Made by a program: the position numbers and the translations under genes. The notes below the pieces were generated by a model that saw nothing but the letters and a program-made list of their open reading frames with translations, made no database searches and was not told the origin of the DNA. A stretch of 64,000 nucleotides of DNA. It comes from Iphione sp. A-MEVVRFRX5. Taxonomy: Eukaryota. Positions 8,987-22,180 of this stretch are shown here, piece by piece (position 1 is the first letter of the stretch; every line of letters starts with the position of its first letter). The stretch spans positions 25,978,001 to 26,042,000 of the forward strand of contig OZ320323.1 in NCBI GenBank assembly GCA_976226885.1. The letters are read 5' to 3'.

Positions 8987-9367
8987 GCCTTTGGTCTATT
9001 TATACATAAGAGGGTTCCTTGCTCAGTACACCTATTATCGCTGTTAACGTTATGCAACACAAAATCTATACCAAATTCTGCCTCACTACACACGTTTTAT
9101 CATATTCTTGATGGTCACTCTTGGTCTCGAGTATGTTTCCATATAACTAATCCCTACCAACACCCACCACAAGTGCACATACCTTGAAATAATATGCCCG
9201 TCGGGACACACACCGGCTCGCACGTCCTCACTCTGTGACCGCCATAAAAGATCAAAACAATGTGTCGAAAAACAGGTCAGACAAATAGTATAATAAGCAG
9301 TATGAGACCAAATCTAGATAGCAGGCTAGATATAACAATCCTCATGATACCTTCCAGTTTTCACTGG

Positions 9368-12200
9368 TCAAACGATGAAACAATTCCTGTTTAATGTTAC
9401 GTTTGAAGATCTTTTTTCTATTACCTTCAGATTGTCATTCAGATGGTTCCATAATTTTAATGCAACATAGGTCGGGTTCAGTTCAACGCTCGCCTTTTTG
9501 GCCAGAATGAATGGTAGGGAAGTCTTTCTGAATCTAAATTTTTGTTTTAACTCAATATAGGCTGAAAATAATTCTTTATGAAAAACTGACAAGCAGTAGT
9601 ACTGACTTCTCAATTCTAATGGTAAGATATTTAGAGCCTTTCAGAGGGAGTAATAGTCACTGCTGTAATCACCTTTTGCTAATCTCATGGCCTTAAGTTG
9701 CTGCTTTTCAAGTTTTTAACAATTCTGTTGACTTAGAAGCATGGATACAACCGATACCATAGTCTAATATCGGTACCAAAACAGTTTTCAGAACTTGGAT
9801 AGCAACTTTACGGTTTATAAATTTTGAATGTCTGATCATGTGCATAATAGAATAAGTTTTCTGTACTTTCTTATTTATCTCATTTTTCATGTTCAGATTT
9901 GGGTCCAGAATCAAGCCTAAATATTCATATTGCTGCACATGTTTTATTGTTGTAGTGCCAGTTTTTATTTGCATTTGAAATTTACTATGTCTATGTCTAC
10001 TTCCTGAAAATACCATGCTTTCTGTCTTACTCAAATTCATTTTTATTCCATTTGCCTTGCACCAGTCATGAAGTAATGTAGCATCTTCTTCTTATCTTAA
10101 TGATATAGTGTTCAGGTCACTATGTGAATATAGGAGAATTGTATCGTCTGCATACATAACACTATGTGAATGTTTAAGTATTTTGATCCTATCATTAATA
10201 AATAGGGAACACAAAAGCGGACCCATTATACTTCCTTGTGGTACGCCAGATAGTAGGGGTAGGGGGTTTGAGATATAACTATCTATTTTTGTGGTTATTG
10301 ATCTATTTGTTAGGTATGATTTAAACCAAGGTAGTTCTGAGGAGAAACCCATTTTAATCAATTTTTGAGCAGTATTTTGTGTTGAATGCTATCAAAAGCT
10401 TTTTGATAATCTACAAATATTGCCCCTACTATCTTTTACGTCTTTTCACGCGTTTATTTAACAGTATATCGGTTAGTATTTGAAAGCATTCCTAAATCTG
10501 TACTAATGTCCGAGCACTGACCAGATTTTCTGTTCCTTGTCAGGAGCTGTAGAATTGTATACGTATGTCTTAGATATAAATATTTCAAGATTATTTTAAA
10601 AGGTAGGGATCCAAAGGATGACACAGTATAGTACATTTCATTATGACTGGAAGTCAGTTTTTTTTGAACGGTAGTAGTTAAGCTAGTATATAATTGATAG
10701 AGAAATGTTATTTTTAAAGTCTGCCTTGTAACAATGAGTGGTTATTTTTACGTGTTTCTTATATATCTATAAGTAGTTCTAAGGAATTAGTTTTTTGTTA
10801 GTAGATAGCTTATTCTAGTCAGGGTGAAGACTGACTCTCTGCAAAAGAAAAATACTTGGAGGTTAATTACCAAAAAAACTGGGGCCATTATATATAGTTT
10901 ATATCAACTGGAAGAGACTTTGAGATAATTATCATATGTAATTAATTTCTAATGTATCCCTTTATCTATGTACAATTAACAGGGAATGTGTCCCTCTGAT
11001 GGCAATAACTTCAGATTAGCTGTAATTATCAGTTATTCTCTTAATTGAGTTGAGGTTCCCACCAATTAAAATGTCGTAGGCTTATTGCACAGATACTGAT
11101 ATAATTATAAGACTAGATTTGTTGGATGCAAGATACTTCTGTTCGCTTAAGTTTTATGAGATAAAGGTGATAGCACCGACTATATACGTCTTTAATGTAG
11201 GAAGTAGCTTACAAGTAATTTACTACACATATTTTCGAGAGTTTTTAAGTTCATAATGAGAGGGTGGGCTTCCTCACCCTCTGCCTGTAAAGTGTCCAGT
11301 ATTTCTATCTTTGACAGTATGCATGCAGATAAACCTATGCCTCAAGTCCACACCACGAACTTGTTTTCATGGTTCTCATACGACGATTAACCTCTTTTAA
11401 CAAGGTCAATCATTGACATTCATATAAAATACAAGTAAGCTTAATACATCATATATCAAAGAGAAGGAGTTTTAGTGTGATACAATGATTTCCGCATTGG
11501 GGCTGATTACGAGGGAAAGAGAACAGTTACGACAGAAAGGAAAGAGCTGGACGATTTCTGTTATTAGGTTATCTATTAAGATAGTTTATGGGAAAATATC
11601 TCTAGGGCTTGAATAGAAACTCTTATCTGGGGTATCTGTTAAGATGTTTGGTTGTTGGGAGTTAATTTTGAATTGAATTTGAATATGTCATTGAGCATAA
11701 GTTTCCTCCATACAAGGATGTTTTTTCAAACTACACTCTTGCGCTAAAGCTTATGTCTAATTTTATTAAGCTATCTTCATCAGCTGATCGTTCCTATGAA
11801 AATATTTGTCTACGTTGAAATTCTGGCTTCCCGAGATGTCTTGTTGGTAGTCTATTTCATGGTGATGCACTCTGGTAGAAGTAGCTTTTCTGGTAACAGG
11901 TAACATAGAACTGGTTTCCTCCAAGCAACCACGGCAGCACCTCCTGCTCACGTAATAATACTGCCTCTTCTCTTAATACAGCGCTGTATTGACAGTAGGT
12001 CATACATACATAAGTCTGAGAAATACCATATTCTCTGATCAACTGTTCGTATGCCATTAACCTTCATGAAGTTTACCACCCTTTCCGTTAGGGTATGAAT
12101 GTCAAGGAGGCATTTCCTGACCACACACAAGAAGTGGCCTCTTTTTGCACCCATTTCGAAGACCAGACATAAGTGTACATGTAATGTAAGTTGTTAATCT
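9368..12200 (-). mobile_element. Decayed LINE copy C (ORF2 endonuclease and RT remnants)
   Basis: Broken frames with SGVPQGSIMGPLL, YADDT, YEYLGLILD, PILDYG and KLWNHL; endonuclease-like remnants near 11750-12150. Many stops and frameshifts. Confidence 0.85.
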
Positions 12201-12249
12201 TACTTTTCATTTAGAAGGCCATTAGCTTTCCTTAACAAGAATCCTTTTC

Positions 12250-13400
12250 TAGTTTTCGATGTAATGATTCCCTTAAAGATGGCTTGCCATCAAGCAAAAT
12301 CCCCAGGAAATTGAAGATTGGGACGTTCTCGATTTGCTTAGCTTCGATAAAGATATTAGATGAAGATTAAAGGCCTCTGCATTGCCAAAAATATGTATAC
12401 TTGTCCTTATTTAGAATGAAACCATTTGGGGCACACCATAACACTGCATTGTACAATGAATACTGTGCCTTCCTAGCCAGTGCCATCGAACTGGAGCCCC
12501 AGGTGTTGATCGCCACATCTTCTGCGTACTTAATGAATTTACTTCGGAGCCCAATGAATGGCAATTCATTAATCATAATTAGGAACAACAAAGGACCCAA
12601 GATAGAACCCTGCGGGACCCCTAAGTCAACATGTTTAACGGAGGAAGTGGCCTGCATCCGTCCATCTAGGTATGATTAAAACCTACTGAGTACTGTGCCA
12701 TTGTATCCATAATTCATTAATCTTTGAATCAGAACATCACGATTGACTATAAATCGAATGCCTTTGACATATCAAGAAAGGTACGTGAGGTATAGCTTCA
12801 AAGAATTACATCCTCATACACATCCTATTCCCTTTCTGAACCCGAATTGTGAATTTGACAGGACCTTGTTACTGTCTGCAAACTCCATCATTTCTTTAGT
12901 TTTCCATTGAAGAGGCAAAAGGCATACTGGAAGTCCCTCGGGAAGATAATGGCCTTTAGGGATCGATTCTTAAATCTAGTTAAATAACCAGGGTATCTTT
13001 GTGGTTCCTCAAGCCTACAGTAACGATTCCCGAAGGCTTGTAATATTTTAACTTTCTCAGGAGGTTTTGATACCCCCCTTTCTGATATTGGTCTAGATTC
13101 TCGTAATGGACTCCTATTATCTTTTATCATATCTGGTATCTATCATCGAGTATCATTGGTTGGGGTATATTCGAGTAGGTACTGTAAAAACTACAACATT
13201 TGTTCATTTTTTAGAAGAATTTCCAAGGCTTTTTCACATAAACGAAACACTCCTTGGAAGCATACTATCGTAACGCCAACTACGTCCTTGACATTATCTT
13301 CTCGGTATGTATATATACTGCGTGTTAATTATCCTAGTAGATCAAGTATTCCAGTCATCACTGGCAGAAAGCATGAAAGGAAAATCGAAGATTATATAAA
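12250..13400 (-). mobile_element. Decayed LINE copy D (RT remnant)
   Basis: GVPQGSILGPLLF and KYAED in 12367..12657; LDMSKAFD near 12750-12775; NKVLSNSQFGFRKG near 12830-12875. Confidence 0.85.
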
Positions 13401-16400
13401 TATATCATTCCAAATCCTAGATAAAAGTATTCTTTTTATTCCAAGCGAAACGTACGTATAGTGAGAAAGGAGTGTCGTTTACGGTGATTCATTTTATAAT
13501 CAAGTAAACCTTTCATTTAAAAGGTGAGCTATTGATTCTACTCAATCGTTTTAGTTCTGTAGCAACATAATATTCCACTCTGTCTACTTGCATTAATATA
13601 GCATAACATACATCTGTTTCTATCCTAAATAGATAGTAACAGTCTTAGTTAGGCCTAGACCAAGGGCAATCCCACTTTCGACTAGTGCCAAGGCTCTGCA
13701 GCAATAGAGGGATAACTTTGCGAGCAGGTTTGTTAAATGAAAATCACTAGGCTACAGAGGAACGGTGTGTTTTTATAGGGACCTGGCAAATCTTTAGCTA
13801 AGAAGATATTAAAGGGAGTTCGCCAGGAAAACAACAGAAAATAATTATTCTACAAAATACTTACGGATGGGATTTCTATCTATGGTCCGTTGAGTGTGGA
13901 GGAGATATCCCACATGGCACATTGGTCTATAACACATACTTAACAATGACATCATTGCTGATCACTGCTTTAGCCTAACTGCAAACAGAATATGGCATTA
14001 TTACAATGTACAAAACGACACCGCGCCTGTGTTAAACCTCTAGAAGATTGCGAACCAGGTCAGCCATACGTCGAACTACAAAAGCCCGTCCTCATCCAGG
14101 TTTATGAGCTGTCGAGAGAATCTGAGGACATACCGTTTACCACTCTCACAGTGAAGATAATGCCAGATCCGAGTTTGCCAAGTCACATCTCTCAAACAGT
14201 TTTTTTTCTATTTACATTTCTACTTCTCTGGCTTCGGCCGATAGAATGTTACATAGTACATCTGGCGTACTGTGCGGTGTTAAATACATGTACTTACTAA
14301 TTTCGAATCCAAAACCTTTACCCAGAAAATCGTCCACAGTTTGCAGGGTGATTGAAAGTTAACTGCAGTATATAATGCTATTTGTATAGCCATTTAACAA
14401 ACCATTCAAGCTTAGTCTCTGTATTACAGCTGAAACGAAAATTGTCGTGACATGGTCTTTTGCTCTAAATAATGTACTTTTGGTCTAATCCATAATAGTT
14501 ACCACCTCCGTCTGGAGGAAAAATATAGATTTAGGCTAAATTTCCATGTGTGCGTGTACGCATGTTGGCGTGTTTGTATATGTGTATTATTTAGATTGTA
14601 ATTTTCAATGCCATGAGAAAGAATAATTCAAATGCTATCTTAGAAGAAATTGAAGGGGTGATGCTAAATTTTTTCGTTCTGTTAACAATTCTTTAAGACT
14701 GTCTCTTAAATTTAAAGATAATTTATATGTTATTAGCAATAATTGCATTTATAGTGAATTGAGAACATATAAACACAATATTTAGACCAAAAGTCAATAA
14801 ATAAAAGATAATTTTTCTGTTGTCTAAAGATCAATGCTAATTTGATATACATGTAGATTTAATTGTAATCTCCAAGATCATCTTTTAATGCCTATGGAAA
14901 TGAATAATATAAGTGATAATAAACACAGTTTTGTACCATTCTAATGGGCATATTTCAAATACTAATAGAATAATATGAAATAATGTGATAATGTTGTTAT
15001 ATTTACAATATAAAGAATTCACTTCTAAAAAAGAGACAGTGGACAAATGCTTATGCAATCTCCATGATGATATATTTTCAATGTTTTCAGTACTTGCAAG
15101 TGAGTTCATGGTGAATTGTCCATTAAGTCCAGTGCAAGAAATGTTGTTCTTTATTCTCTAACATATAAAACAATTCACTTTTCACTATTTTTCCAATAGA
15201 TTAAAATTCATAGAGCTGTATACAGGTCTCAGAGATTACATAGTTTTGCATATATTCTAAGAGGAAAGCAATAATAGGAGAGCTGGAAATATTTATTTTC
15301 CAGATTTATTGCTTTTGTGACATTGATTTTTTTTATTTGTGTAAAACCCTCTCAAAAATATTTTTTCTTATGTTATCTCGAGGCTGGTTCAGAAATTGGT
15401 AGACTATGCCATGTATATTTGTGCATTGCTTAAAAAACATGGTTAAAACATGCCAATACACCCATTAAAACATGCTGACATGGAAATTTAGCCTTAGGGC
15501 AGAATGGCACAATGGGACGTAGCTGACTTCTCAGATATTGATGGTAAAATAAATGGTACAGTATGGCCAACACAGATTGCTGGTTTATTATGATCATTTT
15601 CTGCATTACAAACATGTAAATGATATTGTCTTTATTATATAGCCTGTTATACACCCAAAGAATATTATAATTCTTTCACAGTACTGTACGTGTTAACTTA
15701 CATCCTTGGCTGTAGTAAAGGCATGGTACAGTACTTTTTACTGTGATTGTCTGAGATTATGCCTAAGCGGATTTCTTCTATACAACTATTTACAAGGGGT
15801 ATCCAAGTGGAGGACTTTGTTTCCAAACCTATAGTAATGATACCATGCTTGTCTATCCTCTGCAGTCTACATTTGTGTAGCACTGGGATTACATGTTGCG
15901 GCTTAACTTCCAACCACCCACCGGACCATTGATTCTGAGTTCCCCGTCCATAGATATCGGCTACTCAACCACTCTTTGTATTTTGATTATAATGTTCAGA
16001 AAAAGCTCTATGTGGGAAACATGTTTCCTCTTGTATATGTAGATGGTATTTGTGCAAATATTATCAACATACAATCAAATTTATGAATTGATATTGTTAG
16101 CTTTTTGTACATCTGAGGCATGCTTCTCCGTTTCTTTTAGGTTTAGAGAACAAAGGGATGTCCATACCAGTAGCTTGTCTCACGGGACTTTATTACAGAA
16201 AGCTAATACAAACTGACGCATGAATTTGATGTTTCACTCGAGGCTCAATATCTCTCTTCTGAGGGAGGAATAGGCAGAAGGGCCTTATTTAGTCTATGAC
16301 TACCCAAACAGAGCACAGAACCAGAGAGAGGCAACCAATGAGAATGCACCAATCTCTGTCAGAATTGACAACAGAGGGTCGAGCTATTTTGATAGACCAA

Positions 16401-16627
16401 TCAGGTGGAACTCTTGCACTGAGTTGTCACACTTACGTGGCTAGCACATGTCTGCGCTTCATCTTCTAAGTATCCAGGTGTGATAGCGTGTCTCGGATAA
16501 AATGCTTAGCTCCCTTCAACATTATGCAGTGATAGGTTTAGAAAACCTTTTTACTGTCACAAAGAACAATATATGTATACTTATGGTGTCCGGTACTCAA
16601 GTTACATGACAAAGATACTATGGTGAG

Positions 16628-16989
16628 AGTGGGCGACAACACAAGATCACTGGTGATGAGACAGAATATTTGTGACCCAACAGTTAATGAATAGGCCACA
16701 ATACAGGACCACTGGTGATGAGACGGAATGTTTGGTACCTGAGAGTTAATGAATAGTCCACAATACAAGACTACTGGTGATGAGACATAATGTTTGATAC
16801 CTGAGAATTAATGAATAGGCCACAATACAAGACCACTGGTGATGAGACAGAATGTTTGGTACCTGAGAGTTAATGAATAGGCCATGATTCAAGACCACTG
16901 GTGATGAGAAGGAAAGTCTGTGACCCAAGAGTTGAGGAGTGGGCCACAACACAAGACCACTGGTGATGAGACGGAATGTTTGTGACCTG
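16628..16989. repeat. 62-bp minisatellite, about 6 copies
   Basis: TGGTGATGAG recurs at 16651, 16713, 16775, 16837, 16899 and 16961 (exact 62-bp period), with similar sequence between. Confidence 0.95.
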
Positions 16990-18758
16990 ACATTCCACCT
17001 CGTCACTAGTGAGCATGTGATGGGTTTTTATGATGCTCCATGAGTCCTGAGCACATCTTTTGTCACGTGGGTCACGATATTCTGGTGTAGAGCTGCTCAG
17101 ATTTCAGAAGTTGATATCTGAAAAGTGATACAAAAATACCACCGGTACAGCAAGTAGGCCAAGTGTTAGAGGTCCATTAACATGCATTGGATATTTCTAT
17201 CTTTTCAGTTGAACACATATCGGTACAGCTTTCACACTAATTACCTTTTGGTACTGGTGCTAACAGTAACAAAGGTTAACGCATAGATATTGATTATAAA
17301 TCAAAGTTAATTCGGCCAGGCCCCACCCCCGATAAATTTACGTACAAAAAGCAATAGCATTTTCTGCAATTCTTCCAATAGAGCCAGACATAAATTAAAT
17401 TATACAAAGGAATAACTATACAGATAAATTCATTACTGTAATGCATAAAGGGCTATGCGTATCTTTATGCTTGCCCAACATTTCCTTAACTTGTGTCAGG
17501 GCATTTTTAAGCAGCGTTACTCTTCTCTTACAGAGTACAACTAAATAGTCCTACGCCTTATCACAATAGTCAGATATGTTGGGAGTATAGCTTCTCTATG
17601 AAGATCTGACTCCCTTAATGAAAAATTGTCCGTTAGACATCCGCAGCATAAGCAGTCCTAATCTGATTCAGTTACCCTTCTTCTTATACATCAAAACCTT
17701 CTCATTGGTGACCTTTCATGGAAACAGGTAGTAGTAAGGGATGTTCTCATATGGTGGAGCCACTGAAACGTTTAGATCTCCATTTGGAAAGCCAGCATGT
17801 GGTATTGTTTTCAATCGACTATTTTTTTTATATACGGCTCCTGGAACAGCAAGCCAAAGTATCCTTGTATGTGGTATGAAGGAACTAGATATACAAGAGC
17901 AGGAATTACACTGTCCTATTAATACATATATTAAAACAAATTAGTAACTTCTCATATATGTTATGCCGCACACCATTCCTTGCGTAGCCAAAGTGTGCCA
18001 AGGGCATCCTTACTGCTAAAAATGCATAATTACTTTGATTATAAATCATTTCCTCTTATTTCCTCTATTCGCTGCTATTATATCAGGTAGAGTTCCTTAA
18101 GATATTGTAGTGTATGCATAAATCCATGTGATAGCATTCCGCATGATGGTGTTCTATTTGGAGTGATCTGCCACAAGTGATCCGTTTCAGGTTTGACATG
18201 GATCATACGTTGAAGGTACTGCATTGTTGGTAACTGTGACGTATATGTCTGTGGCATAATAGGAGTCCATAGCTTAATTTTGCACATGTTATGTAAGGAT
18301 TATGCAATCTCCTCCAATCCAGATATATGTCTAGATATTGTCTATTTTTAGAAATTTCTATAACAATAGAGTATATAAGTAGATATATTTTTTTGAAAAA
18401 ACAGACCCTTTCTCTTTGCACTCACAAAAGAGATTTTTCATGTATTTTGAGGTGAACCAGATTCTTTATTTTTGTCATTTGTTAAAATCTACTAACTGCC
18501 ACCACTCTACTAGACTAAGACACGTTACAATATTGAGGATTATTGTTTTGTGATTTCATGTGTCCTTTTTGAGGTTTTGTTTCTATAATAAACATTACCT
18601 TTAGGAGATAGTGTGTATACATGCTGTAAACGATTTGTGGGCGTTAAATGTTGGAGTGATAATGGATATATTCAGGATGACATCAATACAGTATAATTCC
18701 TGTCAGTATTGATGGAAAATGTGTACGCAGATGACGATAATGACTACTGTTCAGTCAT

Positions 18759-19083
18759 TAGGCCTAAAAACAAGTCGTGTGGTTCCGGTAACATGTTGGG
18801 AAATGATAGGGTCAGTAGGTTGGTGTGTTTTTTATTTTCTTTTTTAATGTTAAGTGATATTTAAGCTTACTAATGTTCATATCAATGTCACTGCTACTCC
18901 TTAGATTTTAGTGGAACCTATGTCATATGAAAGCCAATGCCAAACGGGAGAAATTGATGTATGTCTCCATATATCATTAACCATGCTGAAGTTATTCATA
19001 AAGCAAGATAAGGTTGGCTAACTGGCTAACATCTGGGATCAGTTGGGTTACCAGAAACACAGATATTTTTTTACTAGGCCTTA
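18759..19083. mobile_element. MITE with AGGCC...GGCCT ends and an inner GTGTKTYYGGTWAC / GTWACCAGAAACAC inverted repeat
   Basis: Left TAGGCCTAAAAACAAGTCGTGTGGTTCCGGTAAC; right GGTTACCAGAAACACAGATATTTTTTTACTAGGCCTTA. Same family as 57782-58133 and 52801. Confidence 0.65.
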
Positions 19084-19999
19084 TCTTAATCTGATTGTAC
19101 CTGCAAACACAGCCACTTCTCGCCTAAAAAAGGTACTCCCATAGACAACGGAATATCACACACACAGATGTATTTACATTGTAATTCCTGACACCATCAA
19201 TTGAAAATGACAGTAAAATACACTCATGCCATACCAACACAATGATAGAATACCTCAGCTAATCTACACTTACAGTACACATGCATGTAATTTCTTGGAC
19301 ACATTCAGGTGGCCTGCTTTAGAATTTGTCAAATTTAGGGTAGCCAAGATGCAGCATAAGTGACATACGATTGCAATTCCCATATGAATCATCAGTTTCG
19401 GCTTCCAGGGTAAGATAACTTCCCTAATGTTGATCCAATCGTTGCTCTAAATTACATTTCAGTTTGCTTCCTTGCATTGTTTATCACCACAGTTATCTTT
19501 ATAATTATGTTATAAAGTCACCTCCTGTACCCTCCTGCAGATATCCAGTTGACTTTCTTCATCGCTTGCCTCGGTTCCCTCCGGCCGCAAGCAGCCTCTC
19601 CTTCTCGTACTAGGAACGTAGAGAATAAGAGAGATGAATGAATGTCACTCGTATAGACAGACAAAATAATGATGAAAGTACTAAACTGAAAAATATGTTC
19701 CGTAAGACAAAATGTTAAATAATTCCCAAGGGAGGAAAAAGATTACATTCAAGTCAGATTCTGAGTAAAGTGGCAACTCAAAATTTAGACTATCAATGAC
19801 GCTGACACTTTTTTTCCTTTAAATGTGATTTGTCCCGCTACCTGAGTTGGTTGTGTTACAGAAAATAAACCGATGGGACCAGCCAAACTTGCCCTTAATT
19901 CTGAGTTGTCCTCCTACTTGGGTCGCCCACATGATGAGCTGCTACTGTATACTACATCTGCTCCTAAATGATTACACACAAGAGCACAACTAGGTCATA

Positions 20000-20750
20000 T
20001 CAGGTCTAGTCGGTTACCATGATACACATTTCAAAAGAGAGAGAGAAAAGAGGATGTGGTTGAGCCGGGTCACATGTTTTAAGTCCCACTGTCCACCAGA
20101 GGGAGTATTTCGCACAAAGCCGCTCACGCCGAGACGTGACGTGCTTAATAAGTTGTCCTGCAGTGGGACGGGGAACGGAGGGGGCTGTACGGGACCGAAA
20201 GAGGGCAGGAGGATCAAGGCACCAGGAGGGATCATGCACGTCCCACACCTAAAAACCAGTTACCTCCAACGATTATACTGTCTACATCGAACCATACCAT
20301 ATATGACTCCTTTCCTCGATCTTCCTTCCCACCCCCTCCCCCCGCCTCGCTCGCCCCCCACCGAAGGTTGTCTATACGGTTGCTCTCACAGCTTTCTCCC
20401 GCGCGCCATGATCCCGTGTTTGCCGTGGGTCAGAGATCGGCGGGGACAGCCATGCTACCGGCGCCGGCCGCGCGCGGGGGGGGGGGGCGTGGCGGTCATG
20501 TGGATCCTAAACTTTTGACTTCATACACCGTAGGGACCTCCACCCATCTTCATTTGAATACGAAGTGCAAACACGCCACGTTTAAGAAGATTTTCCCGTG
20601 GCACGCAGCTACCCACACACGACCCCCTCCGATGTAAGAGATTGAAACCGTTTTGTCGCGGTCGTCACCGCCGCTGCTACCGCCGCCGCCGCCGCCGCTG
20701 CATCAGAAGCAGCTGCTATCTGAATACATATTTATCAGCCGCTCCTAAAA
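20000..20750. promoter_or_regulatory. CpG-rich island, possible promoter
   Basis: Locally high GC and CpG, GC-box GGGGCGTGGC near 20485, GACGTGACGTG near 20132, (GCC)n run at 20670-20700. No associated CDS identified. Confidence 0.4.
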
Positions 20751-21832
20751 ATACACTTTTCCAGCTAGGCTGGCAGAAGTTCTACTTATTGCCTTCTTCT
20801 GAGAAACATGTATACTCATGTATGTATAAAGGCGTTGGAGTGTTCCCCTCCTACGCATTCCGTCAAACTCAATTTTCTCTCCGCCTTCTCTCTAGTTCGA
20901 AATTTGCGATCTAAACGAAGGGTGGGTGCTGCATATGTCAGCGTAAATTATATGTACAATACCAGTGCCAAGCTTGCGGGGAAGGTACACGTTTGGGGCA
21001 GGGATTTACGTTGCAAAATTTTCAGTGATGAATCGGAGCGAAACTGTGTGCATAGGGGGGAATTTCACATTTGTAGAGCTGGGATGAAGTAAAAAACGAA
21101 AATTGTGTCAAAAAGAAATCGAAATTATCAGTTGTATGTAACACGGTATGTCATGCCAAAATATTTTTGTAATTTTAGTATACATGGTGCATCATTCCTA
21201 CCTAACGAAGTATCCCTCTAATTTTTTTACGAGACAGACGGTTGCATCTGGTAAAACGGTGACATTGTAAGATATAAATCAGTCTTGTCAGTCCTACAAA
21301 TGTTTTACTGTGATATCTCTTACATACAAGTTATCTTTTCGAGAACATGTTCATGATTTCCAGGTGGTAATGTGTCCTGTTTGACATTGCAACATCCTCG
21401 TAGCACAGCTACGTTTAAACGCCAAAGGGTTTTACGGTAGCCTGACCACGAGACACTTATTTGTTTAAATGCTTCAGTAAATATGCGGACACGCCATACT
21501 GCATGAAGACCCCCACCGAGATTTGAGGAAGAGCTGGAGGAGAGGTGCACCTCAAACCGAAAAAAGTACGCTTCTTTACAGCTTTCTATTTTAAAGTCTT
21601 ACAAACCTGTCACTCTTTAAAAATCTTTTCGTAAACTAACAAGCACCCAGCAACATGATGAATTTCCTCATAATATGTATAAACTATTCATCCCATTTGA
21701 GGATGCAGTTTAAACCGGTTAAATGTTATTAAATGTAGTTCATGGTTTAACATGCAGTATAAACGTTACAAAATCCACAACATTCCTCTAACACTCTTTG
21801 AAAATATTAGAATAAAGAAACATATACTAGGT

Positions 21833-22180
21833 GGGGAGTTAGCTCAGTGGTAGAGCACTGGTCCACTAATTGAGAGGTCGCAGGTTCAATCCTGGGCTTG
21901 GGACTCTTGATCACCACCAGATAGATTTACTATAGCCCCAACCCCGAGTGGTCCACAACTCGTGAAAAGGCCGTGGGTGTATAGGATTCTGTCCCCTATG
22001 CACAAAAAGACCCAAGAAACCTATTCGAAATAAGAATAGGGAGCAACTCCAGGTATTCTGGTCTCTCAATTCTCAACTATCGATGGTAGTATGCTACCCC
22101 AGGAGGATATGGAAGAGCTCTGTCATGTGATAGAGAATATCTAGTTCCTGGCTAACGATACAATGAAATGAAAAAAAAAT
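21833..22180 (+). mobile_element. tRNA-derived SINE with Pol III A/B boxes, central core and A-rich tail
   Basis: GGGGAGTTAGCTCAGTGGTAGAGC (A box) and GGTTCAATCC (B box, 21883-21892), then a non-tRNA body including TGCACAAAAAGACCCAAG..ATTCGAAATAAGAATAGGG, and an A run near 22165-22180. Confidence 0.8.

Larger units (their letters stand above)
1885..9245 (-). mobile_element. Apparently full-length LINE copy B (CR1/L2 group) with three co-oriented ORFs: ORF1-NADAR, SGNH esterase, ORF2 APE-RT
   Basis: A9 tail at 1885-1893 preceded by CAGGATAAATAAA; ~0.9 kb 3'UTR; intact ORF2; esterase ORF; ORF1; ~260-nt 5' leader starting near ATGGCGGTCACAGAGTGAGGACGTG. The same hairpin motif occurs in the 3'UTR, the intergenic region and ORF1. 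No TSD found, so the 5' boundary is approximate. Confidence 0.85.

Noticed and set aside
13992-14300. Independent protein-coding gene or exon
   Set aside because: No domain motif and no convincing splice-site pair or partner exons.
16628-16989. CRISPR array
   Set aside because: The whole 62-bp unit is repeated, with no unique spacers and no cas genes; eukaryotic context.
17250-18330. G2E3-like zinc finger/HECT pseudogene on the minus strand
   Set aside because: Only vague Cys/His and helix fragments in broken frames; no diagnostic motif confirmed.
21833-21905. tRNA gene
   Set aside because: A and B boxes are present, but the T-loop is one base short, the T-stem and anticodon arm pair poorly and the acceptor stem is displaced; it continues into a SINE body.
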